From Nemertoderma westbladi (Eukaryota; Animalia; Xenacoelomorpha), in assembly GCA_032718475.1 (NCBI GenBank), contig JAUCBJ010001524.1, forward strand, positions 1 through 42,536: DNA of 42,536 bases, read 5' to 3'. Each line of letters opens with the position of its first letter. The stretch's first letter is position 1. The translations under genes were made by a program, and so were the position numbers. Positions 24,730 to 37,900 of the stretch are shown piece after piece. The notes under the pieces were generated by a model. The model saw only the letters and a list, made by a program, of their open reading frames with translations. It had not been told where the DNA came from and did no database searches.

Positions 24730-25708
24730 TAGAGTTGCAACAGAGACATGTATTTCTTATCCCGGTGAACCGGAGACCTACCCGGATAATTATTTTGAAA
24801 AATACCGCAGAACAGAACCAGAGATCAGAGACTGTGCATATTTTTGTGCTTACATTTTGAATAGGCCCCTAAAGCACAAACAGGTACATATGGACTGAGA
24901 ATTATTTTTCTATGGTTCAATTACAGTAAATCCAACCCATTTCAACCATTACCCATTGGAAGAAAATAAGCGCACGTACAGTTTGGGGGGCTTAATAAAA
25001 ATTAATTTGGTTATTTGTTTATAAATTCGTTCTTATTTTGTTATTGTTAGTAATATGTTATATTCATTTGTTGTACCGGTACTTTGTTAATTAAAGGCAT
25101 TTATTTTACAATTGTTCAAATCATATACATTTCAATGTACTATAAAATAAACTTAGTCATTAACGAATACAGTGCACAGGTATAGTACTCTACTCGCCCC
25201 ATTTACAATCCTCGTTACGCTCGTTCTCTTCATTTGGTCGTCATATTATCTATCCTATAACAAGTTGAATGGATACCAGCCCTTTCTTTCACTTTTAAAC
25301 ATTATGGGTGCTCAAATTAAGCACCCTTATCCTTAAATAAGAACCCTCTTTAGGTGCTAATTTAACTAAAATTGAAACGCACCCTAAATTATTTAAATAT
25401 AAGATTATGATCGGTACATTTAGTTTGAGTCAGATTTAGAGTTAGATTAAAAATAGTGTAAAAATGAATATATAAATTTGTTGAAGCGGCGTATTAAAAA
25501 TAGTTAATAATTAAATAAATTATTAATTGTAAAAAATTTGTGAAAAATAATCTTCATCTATTTTTAAACAACTATTTCTAATTTGTAAAATCACTGATCT
25601 CTGGGTAAAATGTATGTTTTCAATACCCGGGAACCAGAGACCTATCCGGAGACCAAAAAACCGTCTAGAGAATCCAGAGATCGGTGACAAGTCTCTGTTT
25701 CAACTCTA
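24730..25708. mobile_element. hAT-like MITE (~980 bp)
   Basis: 18-bp terminal inverted repeats TAGAGTTGCAACAGAGAC / GTCTCTGTTTCAACTCTA (17/18); subterminal CCGGAGAC/CCAGAGA motifs at both ends; the flanking 8-mers GTCTAATT and GTAAATTT match only 5/8. Confidence 0.65.
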
Positions 25709-25933
25709 GTAAATTTGTATTCTCACAATCACAATATATTGGCTACATGGTGCGTAAGTTACGTTCATAATATAAAAATAAACCTTTGGAAATGGTGGAA
25801 ACTGGGTACGAGGTACTTTATACCCTTGTGGTGTGTAAAGTAGCTCTTTGATAATATTGATTTTGCGGCGAAATGGTCGTAAAATATTGTGTCTGCAAAT
25901 AATGTTGTAAATGAAGTCAAACGAAATAGTCTC

Positions 25934-28900
25934 AAAATCGTGGGACTCGTCCATTCAATCACAGTAAGCATAAAAATCGTGGCACTCGTCCATTCAATCA
26001 CAGTAAGCATACAAATCGTGGCACTCGTCCATTCAATCACAGTAAGCATAAAAATCGTGGCACTCGTCCATTCAATCACAGGAGCATAAAAATCGTGGCA
26101 CTCGTCCATTCAATCACAGTAAGCGTAAAAATCGTGGCACTCGTCCATTCAATCACAGTAAGCATAGAAATCGTGGCACTCGTCTATTCAATCACAGTAA
26201 GCATACAAATCGTGGCACTCGTCTATTCAATCACAGTAAGCATAAAAATCGTGGCACTCGTCTATTCAATCACAGTAAGCATACAGATCGTGGCACAAAT
26301 TGTGGCACTCGTCCATTCAATCACAGTAAGCATAAAAATCGTGGCACTCGTCTATTCAATCACAGTAAGCATACAAATCGTGGCACTCGTCTATTCAATC
26401 ACAGTAAGCATAAAAATCGTGGCACTCGTCTATTCAATCACAGTAAGCATACAGATCGTGGCACAAATTGTGGCACTCGTCCATTCAATCACAGTAAGCA
26501 TACAAATCGTGGCACTCGTCCATTCAATCACAGTAAGCATAAAAATCGTGGCACTCGTCCATTCAATCACAGGAGCATAAAAATCGTGGCACTCGTCCAT
26601 TCAATCACAGTAAGCATACAAATCGTGGCACTCGTCCATTCAATCACAGTAAGCATAAAAATCGTGGCACTCGTCCATTCAATCACAGGAGCATAAAAAT
26701 CGTGGCACTCGTCCATTCAATCACAGTAAGCATAAAAATCGTGGCACTCGTCCATTCAATCACAAGAGCATAAAAATCGTGGCACTCGTCCATTCAATCA
26801 CAGTAAGCATACAAATCGTGGGACTCGTCTATTCAATCACAGTAAGCATAAAAATCGTGGCACTCGTCTATTCAATCACAGTAAGCATACAGATCGTGGC
26901 ACAAATTGTGGCACTCGTCCATTCAATCACAGTAAGCATACAAATCGTGGCACTCGTCCATTCAATCACAGTAAGCATAAAAATCGTGGCACTCGTCAAT
27001 TCAATCACAGTAAGCATAAAAATCGTGGGACTCGTCTATTCAATCACAGTAAACATACAGATCGTGGCACAAATTGTGGCACTCGTCCATTCAATCACAG
27101 TAAGCATACAAATCGTGGCACTCGTCCATTTAATCACAGTAAGCATACAAATCGTGGCACTCGTCCATTCAATCACAGTAAGCATAAAAATCGTGGCACT
27201 CGTCCATTCAATCACAGGAGCATAAAAATCGTGGCACTCGTCCATTCAATCACAGTAAGCATAAAAATCGTGGCACTCGTCTATTCAATCACAGTAAGCA
27301 TACAAATCGTGGCACTCGTCCATTCAATCACAGTAAGCATACAAATCGTGGCACTCGTCCATTCAATCACAGTAAGCATACAGATCGTGGCACAAATTGT
27401 GGCACTCGTCCATTCAATCACAGTAAGCATACAAATCGTGGCACTCGTCCATTCAATCACAGTAAGCATAAAAATCGTGGCACTCGTCAATTCAATCACA
27501 GTAAGCATAAAAATCGAGGCACTCGTCCATTCAATCACAGTAAGCATACAAATCGTGGCACTCGTCCATTCAATCACAGTAAGCATACAAATCGTGGCAC
27601 TCGTCCATTCAATCACAGTAAGCATACAAATCGTGGCACTCGTCCATTCAATCACAGTAAGCATTCAAATCGTGGCACTCGTCCATTCAATCACAGTAAG
27701 CATACAAATCGTGGCACTCGTCCATTCAATCACAGTAAGCATAGAATTCGTGGCACTCGTCCATTCAATCACAGTAAGCACACAAATCGTGGCACTCGTC
27801 CATTCAATCACAGTAAGCATACAAATCGTGGCACTCGTCCATTCAATCACAGTAAGCATACAAATCGTGGCACTCGTCCATTCAATCACAGTAAGCATTC
27901 AAATCGTGGCACTCGTCCATTCAATCACAGTAAGCATAAAATTCGTGGCACTCGTCTATTCAATCACAGTAAGCATAGAAATCGTGGTACTCGTCCATTC
28001 AATCACAGGAAGCATACAAATCGTGGCACTCGTCCATTCAATCACAGTAAGCATAAAAATCGAGGCACTCGTCCATTCAATCACAGTAAGCATACAAATC
28101 GTGGCACTCGTCCATTCAATCACAGTAAGCATAAAAATCGTGGCACTCGTCCATTCAATCACAGTAAGCATAAAAATCGTGGCACTCGTCCATTCAATCA
28201 CAGTAAGCATACAAATCGTGGCACTCGTCCATTCAATCACAGTAAGCATACAAATCGTGGCACTCGTCCATTCAATCACAGTAAGCATACAAATCGTGGC
28301 ACTCGTCCATTCAATCACAGTAAGCATACAGATCGTGGCACAAATTGTGGCTCTCGTCCATTCAATCACAGTAAGCATACAAATCGTGGCACTCGTCCAT
28401 TCAATCACAGTAAGCATAAAAATCGTGGCACTCGTCAATTCAATCACAGTAAGCATAAAAATCGTGGGACTCGTCTATTCAATCACAGTAAGCATAAAAA
28501 TCGTGGCACTCGTCCATTCAATCGCAGTAAGCATAAAATTCGTGGCACTCGTCCATTAAATCACAGTAAGCATACAAATCGTGGCACTCGTCCATTCAAT
28601 CACAGTAAGCATAAAAATCGTGGCACTCGTCCATTCAATCACAGTAAGCATACAAATCGTGGCACTCGTCCATTCAATCACAGTAAGCATACAAATCGTG
28701 GCACTCGTCCATTCAATCACAGTAAGCATACAGATCGTGGCACAAATTGTGGCACTCGTCCATTCAATCACAGTAAGCATACAAATCGTGGCACTCGTCC
28801 ATTCAATCACAGTAAGCATAAAAATCGTGGCACTCGTCCATTCAATCACAGTAAGCATACAAATCGTGGCACTCGTCCATTCAATCACAGTAAGCATATA

Positions 28901-31900
28901 GATCGTGGCACAAATTGTGGCACTCGTCCATTCAATCACAGTAAGCATACAAATCGTGGCACTCGTCCATTCAATCACAGTAAGCATAAAAATCGTGGCA
29001 CTCGTCAATTCAATCACAGTAAGCATAAAAATCGTGGGACTCGTCTATTCAATCACAGTAAGCATAAATATCGTGGCACTCGTCCGTTCAATCACAGCAA
29101 GCATAAAATTCGTGGGACTCGTCCATTCAATCACAGCAAAGCATAAAAATCGTGGCACTCGTCCATTCAATCACAGTAAGCATACAAATCGTGGCACTCG
29201 TCCATTCAATCACAGTAAGCATACAAATCGTGGCACTCGTCCATTCAATCACAGTAAGCATACAAATCGTGGCACTCGTCCGTTCAATCACAGCAAGCAT
29301 AAAATTCGTGGCACTCGTCCATTCAATCACAGTAAGCATACAAATCGTGGCACTCGTCCATTCAATCACAGTAAGCATAAAAATCGTGGCACTCGTCCAT
29401 TCAATCACAGTAAGCATAAATATCGTGGGACTCGTCCATTCAATCACAGTAAGCATACAAATCGTGGCACTCGTCCATTCAATCACAGTAAACATAAAAA
29501 TCGTGGCACTCGTCCATTCACTCACAGTAAACTTAAAAATCGTGGTACTCGTCCATTCAATCACAGTAAGCATACAAATCGTGGCACTCGTCTATTCAAT
29601 CACAGTAAGCATACAAATCGTGGTACTCGTCCATTCAATCACAGTAAGCATACAAATCGTGGCACTCGTCCATTCAATCACAGTAAGCATACAAATCGTG
29701 GCACTCGTCCATTCAATCACACTAAGCATAAAAATCGTGGCACTCGTCTATTCAATCACAGTAAGCATACAAATCGTGGCACTCGTCCATTCAATCACAG
29801 TAAGCATACAAATCGTGGCACTCGTCCATTCAATTACAGTAAGCATAAAAATCGTGGCACTCGTCCATTCAATCACAGTAAGCAAAAAATCGTGGCACTC
29901 GTCCATTCAATCACAGTAAGCATAAAAATAGTGGGACTCGTCCATTCAATCACAGTAAGCATAAAAATCGTGGCACTCGTCCATTCAATCACAGTAAGCA
30001 TACAAATCGTGGCACTCGTCCATTCAATCACAGTAAGCATAAAAATCGTGGGACTCGTCCATTCAATCACAGTAAGCATAAAAATCGTGGCACTCGTCCA
30101 TTCAATCACAGTAAGCATACAAATCGTGGCACTCGTCCATTCAATCACAGTAAGCATACAAATCGTGGCACTCGTCCATTCAATCACAGTAAGCATACAA
30201 ATCGTGGCACTCGTCCATTCAATCACAGTAAGCATACAAATCGTGGCACTCGTCCATTCAATCACAGTAAGCATACAAATCGTGGCACTCGTCCATTCAA
30301 TCACAGTAAGCATACAAATCGTGGCACTCGTCCATTCAATCACAGTAAGCATACAAATCGTGGCACTCGTCCATTCAATCACAGTAAGCATAAAAATCGT
30401 GGCACTCGTCCATTCAATCACAGTAAGCATACAAATCGTGGGACTCGTCCATTCAATCACAGTAAGCATAAAAATCGTGGGACTCGTCCATTCAATCACA
30501 GTAAGCATAAAAATCGTGGGACTCGTCAATTCAATCACAGCAAGCGTAAAAATCGTGGCACTCGTCCATTCAATCACAGTAAGCATACAAATCGTGGCAC
30601 TCGTCCATTCAATCACAGTAAGCATACAAATCGTGGCACTCGTCCATTCAATCACAGTAAGCATACAAATCGTGGCACTCGTCCATTCAATCACAGTAAG
30701 CATACAAATCGTGGCACTCGTCCATTCAATTACAGTAAGCATAAAAATCGTGGCACTCGTCCATTCAATCACAGTAAGCAAAAAATCGTGGCACTCGTCC
30801 ATTCAATCACAGTAAGCATAAAAATAGTGGGACTCGTCCATTCAATCACAGTAAGCATAAAAATCGTGGCACTCGTCCATTCAATCACAGTAAGCATACA
30901 AATCGTGGCACTCGTCCATTCAATCACAGTAAGCATAAAAATCGTGGAACTCGTCCATTCAATCACAGTAAGCATAAAAATCGTGGCACTCGTCCATTCA
31001 ATCACAGTAAGCATACAAATCGTGGCACTCGTCCATTCAATCACAGTAAGCATACAAATCGTGGCACTCGTCCATTCAATCACAGTAAGCATACAAATCG
31101 TGGCACTCGTCCATTCAATCACAGTAAGCATACAAATCGTGGCACTCGTCCATTCAATCACAGTAAGCATAAAAATCGTGGGACTCGTCCATTCAATCAC
31201 AGTAAGCATAAAAATCGTGGCACTCGTCCATTCAATCACAGTAAGCATACAAATCGTGGCACTCGTCCATTCAATCACAGTAAGCATACAAATCGTGGCA
31301 CTCGTCCATTCAATCACAGTAAGCATACAAATCGTGGCACTCGTCCATTCAATCACAGTAAGCATACAAATCGTGGCACTCGTCCATTCAATCACAGTAA
31401 GCATACAAATCGTGGCACTCGTCCATTCAATCACAGTAAGCATACAAATCGTGGGACTCGTCCATTCAATCACAGTAAGCATAAAAATCGTGGGACTCGT
31501 CCATTCAATCACAGTAAGCATAAAAATCGTGGGACTCGTCCATTCAATCACAGTAAGCATAAAAATCGTGGGACTCGTCCATTCAATCACAGCAAGCGTA
31601 AAAATCGTGGCACTCGTCCATTCAATCACAGTAAGCATACAAATCGTGGCACTCGTCCATTCAATCACAGTAAGCATACAAATCGTGGCACTCGTCCATT
31701 CAATCACAGTAAGCATAAAAATCGTGGCACTCGTCTATTCAATCACAGTAAGCATACAAATCGTGGGACTCGTCCAATCAATCACAGTAAGCATAAAAAT
31801 CGTGGGACTCGTCCATTCAATCACAGTAAGCATAAAAATCGTGGGACTCGTCCATTCAATCACAGCAAGCGTAAAAATCGTGGCACTCGTCCATTCAATC

Positions 31901-34900
31901 ACAGTAAGCATACAAATCGTGGCACTCGTCCATTCAATCACAGTAAGCATACAAATCGTGGCGCTCGTCCATTCAATCACAGTAAGCATACAAATCGTGG
32001 CACTCGTCCATTCAATCACAGTAAGCATACAAATCGTGGCACTCGTCCATTCAATCACAGTAAGCATACAAATCGTGGCACTCGTCCATTCAATCACAGT
32101 AAGCATACAAATCGTGGCACTCGTCCATTCAATCACAGTAAGCATACAAATCGTGGCACTCGTCCATTCAATCACAGTAAGCATAAAAATCGTGGCACTC
32201 GTCCATTCAATCACAGTAAGCATACAAATCGTGGCACTCTTCCATTCAATCACAGTAAGCGTAAAAATCGTGGCACTCGTCCATTCAATCACAGTAAGCA
32301 TACAAATCGTGGCACTCGTCCATTCAATCACAGTAAGAATACAAATCGTGGCACTCGTCCATTCAATCACACTAAGCATAAAAATCGTGGCACTCGTCTA
32401 TTCAATCACAGTAAGCATACAAATCGTGGCACTCGTCCATTCAATCACAGTAAGCATACAAATCGTGGCACTCGTCCATTCAATTACAGTAAGCATAAAA
32501 ATCGTGGCACTCGTCCATTCAATCACAGTAAGCCAAAAATCGTGGCACTCGTCCATTCAATCACAGTAAGCATAAAAATAGTGGGACTCGTCCATTCAAT
32601 CACAGTAAGCATAAAAATCGTGGCACTCGTCCATTCAATCACAGTAAGCATACAAATCGTGGCACTCGTCCATTCAATCACAGTAAGCATAAAAATCGTG
32701 GGACTCGTCCATTCAATCAAAGTAAGCATAAAAATCGTGGCACTCGTCCATTCAATCACAGTAAGCATACAAATCGTAGCACTCGTCCATTCAATCACAG
32801 TAAGCATACAAATCGTGGCACTCGTCCATTCAATCACAGTAAGCATACAAATCGTGGCACTCGTCCATTCAATCACAGTAAGCATACAAATCGTGGCACT
32901 CGTCCATTCAATCACAGTAAGCATACAAATCGTGGCACTCGTCCATTCAATCACAGTAAGCATACAAATCGTGGCACTCGTCCATTCAATCACAGTAAGC
33001 ATACAAATCGTGGCACTCGTCCATTCAATCACAGTAAGCATAAAAATCGTGGCACTCGTCCATTCAATCACAGTAAGCATACAAATCGTGGGACTCGTCC
33101 ATTCAATCACAGTAAGCATAAAAATCGTGGGACTCGTCCATTCAATCACAGTAAGCATAAAAATCGTGGGACTCGTCCATTCAATCACAGCAAGCGTAAA
33201 AATCGTGGCACTCGTCCATTCAATCACAGTAAGCATACAAATCGTGGCACTCGTCCATTCAATCACAGTAAGCATACAAATCGTGGCACTCGTCCATTCA
33301 ATCACAGTAAGCATACAAATCGTGGCACTCGTCCATTCAATCACAGTAAGCATACAAATCGTGGCACTCGTCCATTCAATTACAGTAAGCATAAAAATCG
33401 TGGCACTCGTCCATTCAATCACAGTAAGCAAAAAATCGTGGCACTCGTCCATTCAATCACAGTAAGCATAAAAATAGTGGGACTCGTCCATTCAATCACA
33501 GTAAGCATAAAAATCGTGGCACTCGTCCATTCAATCACAGTAAGCATACAAATCGTGGCACTCGTCCATTCAATCACAGTAAGCATAAAAATCGTGGAAC
33601 TCGTCCATTCAATCACAGTAAGCATAAAAATCGTGGCACTCGTCCATTCAATCACAGTAAGCATACAAATCGTGGCACTCGTCCATTCAATCACAGTAAG
33701 CATACAAATCGTGGCACTCGTCCATTCAATCACAGTAAGCATACAAATCGTGGCACTCGTCCATTCAATCACAGTAAGAATACAAATCGTGGCACTCGTC
33801 CATTCAATCACAGTAAGCATACAAATCGTGGCACTCGTCCATTCAATCACAGTAAGCGTAAAAATCGTGGCACTCGTCCATTCAATCACAGTAAGCATAC
33901 AAATCGTGGCACTCATCCATTCAATCACAGTAAGCATAAAAATCGTGGCACTCGTCCATTCAATCACAGTAAGCATACAAATCGTGGCACTCGTCCATTC
34001 AATCACAGTAAGCATACAAATCGTGGCACTCGTCCATTCAATCACAGTAAGCATACAAATCGTGGCACTCGTCCATTCAATCACAGTAAGCATACAAATC
34101 GTGGCACTCGTCCATTCAATCACAGTAAGCATAAAAATCGTGGAACTCGTCCATTCAATCACAGTAAGCATACAAATCGTGGCACTCATCCATTCAATCA
34201 CAGTAAGCATAAAAATCGTGGCACTCGTCCATTCAATCACAGTAAGCATACAAATCGTGGCACTCGTCCATTCAATCACAGTAAGCATACAAATCGTGGC
34301 ACTCGTCCATTCAATCACAGTAAGCATACAAATCGTGGCACTCGTCCATTCAATCACAGTAAGCATACAAATCGTGGCACTCGTCCATTCAATCACAGTA
34401 AGCATAAAAATCGTGGGACTCGTCCATTCAATCACAGTAAGCATAAAAATCGTGGCACTCGTCCATTCAATCACAGTAAGCATACAAATCGTGGCACTCG
34501 TCCATTCAATCACAGTAAGCATACAAATCGTGGCACTCGTCCATTCAATCACAGTAAGCATACAAATCGTGGCACTCGTCCATTCAATCACAGTAAGCAT
34601 ACAAATCGTGGCACTCGTCCATTCAATCACAGTAAGCATACAAATCGTGGCACTCGTCCATTCAATCACAGTAAGCATAAAAATCGTGGCACTCGTCCAT
34701 TCAATCACAGTAAGCATACAAATCGTGGGACTCGTCCATTCAATCACAGTAAGCATAAAAATCGTGGGACTCGTCCATTCAATCACAGTAAGCATAAAAA
34801 TCGTGGGACTCGTCCATTCAATCACAGCAAGCGTAAAAATCGTGGCACTCGTCCATTCAATCACAGTAAGCATACAAATCGTGGCACTCGTCCATTCAAT

Positions 34901-37900
34901 CACAGTAAGCATACAAATCGTGGCACTCGTCCATTCAATCACAGTAAGCATAAAAATCGTGGCACTCGTCTATTCAATCACAGTAAGCATACAAATCGTG
35001 GGACTCGTCCAATCAATCACAGTAAGCATAAAAATCGTGGGACTCGTCCATTCAATCACAGTAAGCATAAAAATCGTGGGACTCGTCCATTCAATCACAG
35101 CAAGCGTAAAAATCGTGGCACTCGTCCATTCAATCACAGTAAGCATACAAATCGTGGCACTCGTCCATTCAATCACAGTAAGCATACAAATCGTGGCACT
35201 CGTCCATTCAATCACAGTAAGCATACAAATCGTGGCACTCGTCCATTCAATCACAGTAAGCATACAAATCGTGGCACTCGTCCATTCAATCACAGTAAGC
35301 ATACAAATCGTGGCACTCGTCCATTCAATCACAGTAAGCATACAAATCGTGGCACTCGTCCATTCAATCACAGTAAGCATACAAATCGTGGCACTCGTCC
35401 ATTCAATCACAGTAAGCATAAAAATCGTGGCACTCGTCCATTCAATCACAGTAAGCATACAAATCGTGGCACTCGTCCATTCAATCACAGTAAGCGTAAA
35501 AATCGTGGCACTCGTCCATTCAATCACAGTAAGCATACAAATAGTGGCACTCGTTCATTCAATCACAGTAAGAATACAAATCGTGGCACTCGTCCATTCA
35601 ATCACACTAAGCATAAAAATCGTGGCACTCGTCTATTCAATCACAGTAAGCATACAAATCGTGGCACTCGTCCATTCAATCACAGTAAGCATACAAATCG
35701 TGGCACTCGTCCATTCATTTACAGTAAGCATAAAAATCGTGGCACTCGTCCATTCAATCACAGTAAGCAAAAAATCGTGGCACTCGTCCATTCAATCACA
35801 GTAAGCATAAAAATAGTGGGACTCGTCCATTCAATCACAGTAAGCATAAAAATCGTGGCACTCGTCCATTCAATCACAGTAAGCATACAAATCGTGGCAC
35901 TCGTCCATTCAATCACAGTAAGCATAAAAATCGTGGGACTCGTCCATTCAATCAAAGTAAGCATAAAAATCGTGGCACTCGTCCATTCAATCACAGTAAG
36001 CATACAAATCGTGGCACTCGTCCATTCAATCACAGTAAGCATACAAATCGTGGGACTCGTCCATTCAATCACAGTAAGCATACAAATCGTGGCACTCGTC
36101 CATTCAATCACAGTAAGCATACAAATCGTGGCACTCGTCCATTCAATCACAGTAAGCATACAAATCGTGGCACTCGTCCATTCAATCACAGTAAGCATAC
36201 AAATCGTGGCACTCGTCCATTCAATCACAGTAAGCATACAAATCGTGGCACTCGTCCATTCAATCACAGTAAGCATAAAAATCGTGGCACTCGTCCATTC
36301 AATCACAGTAAGCATACAAATCGTGGGACTCGTCCATTCAATCACAGTAAGCATAAAAATCGTGGGACTCGTCCATTCAATCACAGTAAGCATAAAAATC
36401 GTGGGACTCGTCCATTCAATCACAGCAAGCGTAAAAATCGTGGCACTCGTCCATTCAATCACAGTAAGCATACAAATCGTGGCACTCGTCCATTCAATCA
36501 CAGTAAGCATACAAATCGTGGCACTCGTCCATTCAATCACAGTAAGCATACAAATCGTGGCACTCGTCCATTCAATCACAGTAAGCATACAAATCGTGGC
36601 ACTCGTCCATTCAATTACAGTAAGCATAAAAATCGTGGCACTCGTCCATTCAATCACAGTAAGCAAAAAATCGTGGCACTCGTCCATTCAATCACAGTAA
36701 GCATAAAAATAGTGGGACTCGTCCATTCAATCACAGTAAGCATAAAAATCGTGGCACTCGTCCATTCAATCACAGTAAGCATACAAATCGTGGCACTCGT
36801 CCATTCAATCACAGTAAGCATAAAAATCGTGGAACTCGTCCATTCAATCACAGTAAGCATAAAAATCGTGGCACTCGTCCATTCAATCACAGTAAGCATA
36901 CAAATCGTGGCACTCGTCCATTCAATCACAGTAAGCATACAAATCGTGGCACTCGTCCATTCAATCACAGTAAGCATACAAATCGTGGCACTCGTCCATT
37001 CAATCACAGTAAGCATACAAATCGTGGCACTCGTCCATTCAATCACAGTAAGCATAAAAATCGTGGGACTCGTCCATTCAATCACAGTAAGCATAAAAAT
37101 CGTGGCACTCGTCCATTCAATCACAGTAAGCATACAAATCGTGGCACTCGTCCATTCAATCACAGTAAGCATACAAATCGTGGCACTCGTCCATTCAATC
37201 ACAGTAAGCATACAAATCGTGGCACTCGTCCATTCAATCACAGTAAGCATACAAATCGTGGCACTCGTCCATTCAATCACAGTAAGCATACAAATCGTGG
37301 CACTCGTCCATTCAATCACAGTAAGCATACAAATCGTGGCACTCGTCCATTCAATCACAGTAAGCATACAAATCGTGGGACTCGTCCATTCAATCACAGT
37401 AAGCATAAAAATCGTGGGACTCGTCCATTCAATCACAGTAAGCATAAAAATCGTGGGACTCGTCCATTCAATCACAGCAAGCGTAAAAATCGTGGCACTC
37501 GTCCATTCAATCACAGTAAGCATACAAATCGTGGCACTCGTCCATTCAATCACAGTAAGCATACAAATCGTGGCACTCGTCCATTCAATCACAGTAAGCA
37601 TAAAAATCGTGGCACTCGTCCATTCAATCACAGTAAGCATACAAATCGTGGGACTCGTCCATTCAATCACAGTAAGCATAAAAATCGTGGGACTCGTCCA
37701 TTCAATCACAGTAAGCATAAAAATCGTGGGACTCGTCCATTCAATCACAGCAAGCGTAAAAATCGTGGCACTCGTCCATTCAATCACAGTAAGCATACAA
37801 ATCGTGGCACTCGTCCATTCAATCACAGTAAGCATACAAATCGTGGCACTCGTCCATTCAATCACAGTAAGCATACAAATCGTGGCACTCGTCCATTCAA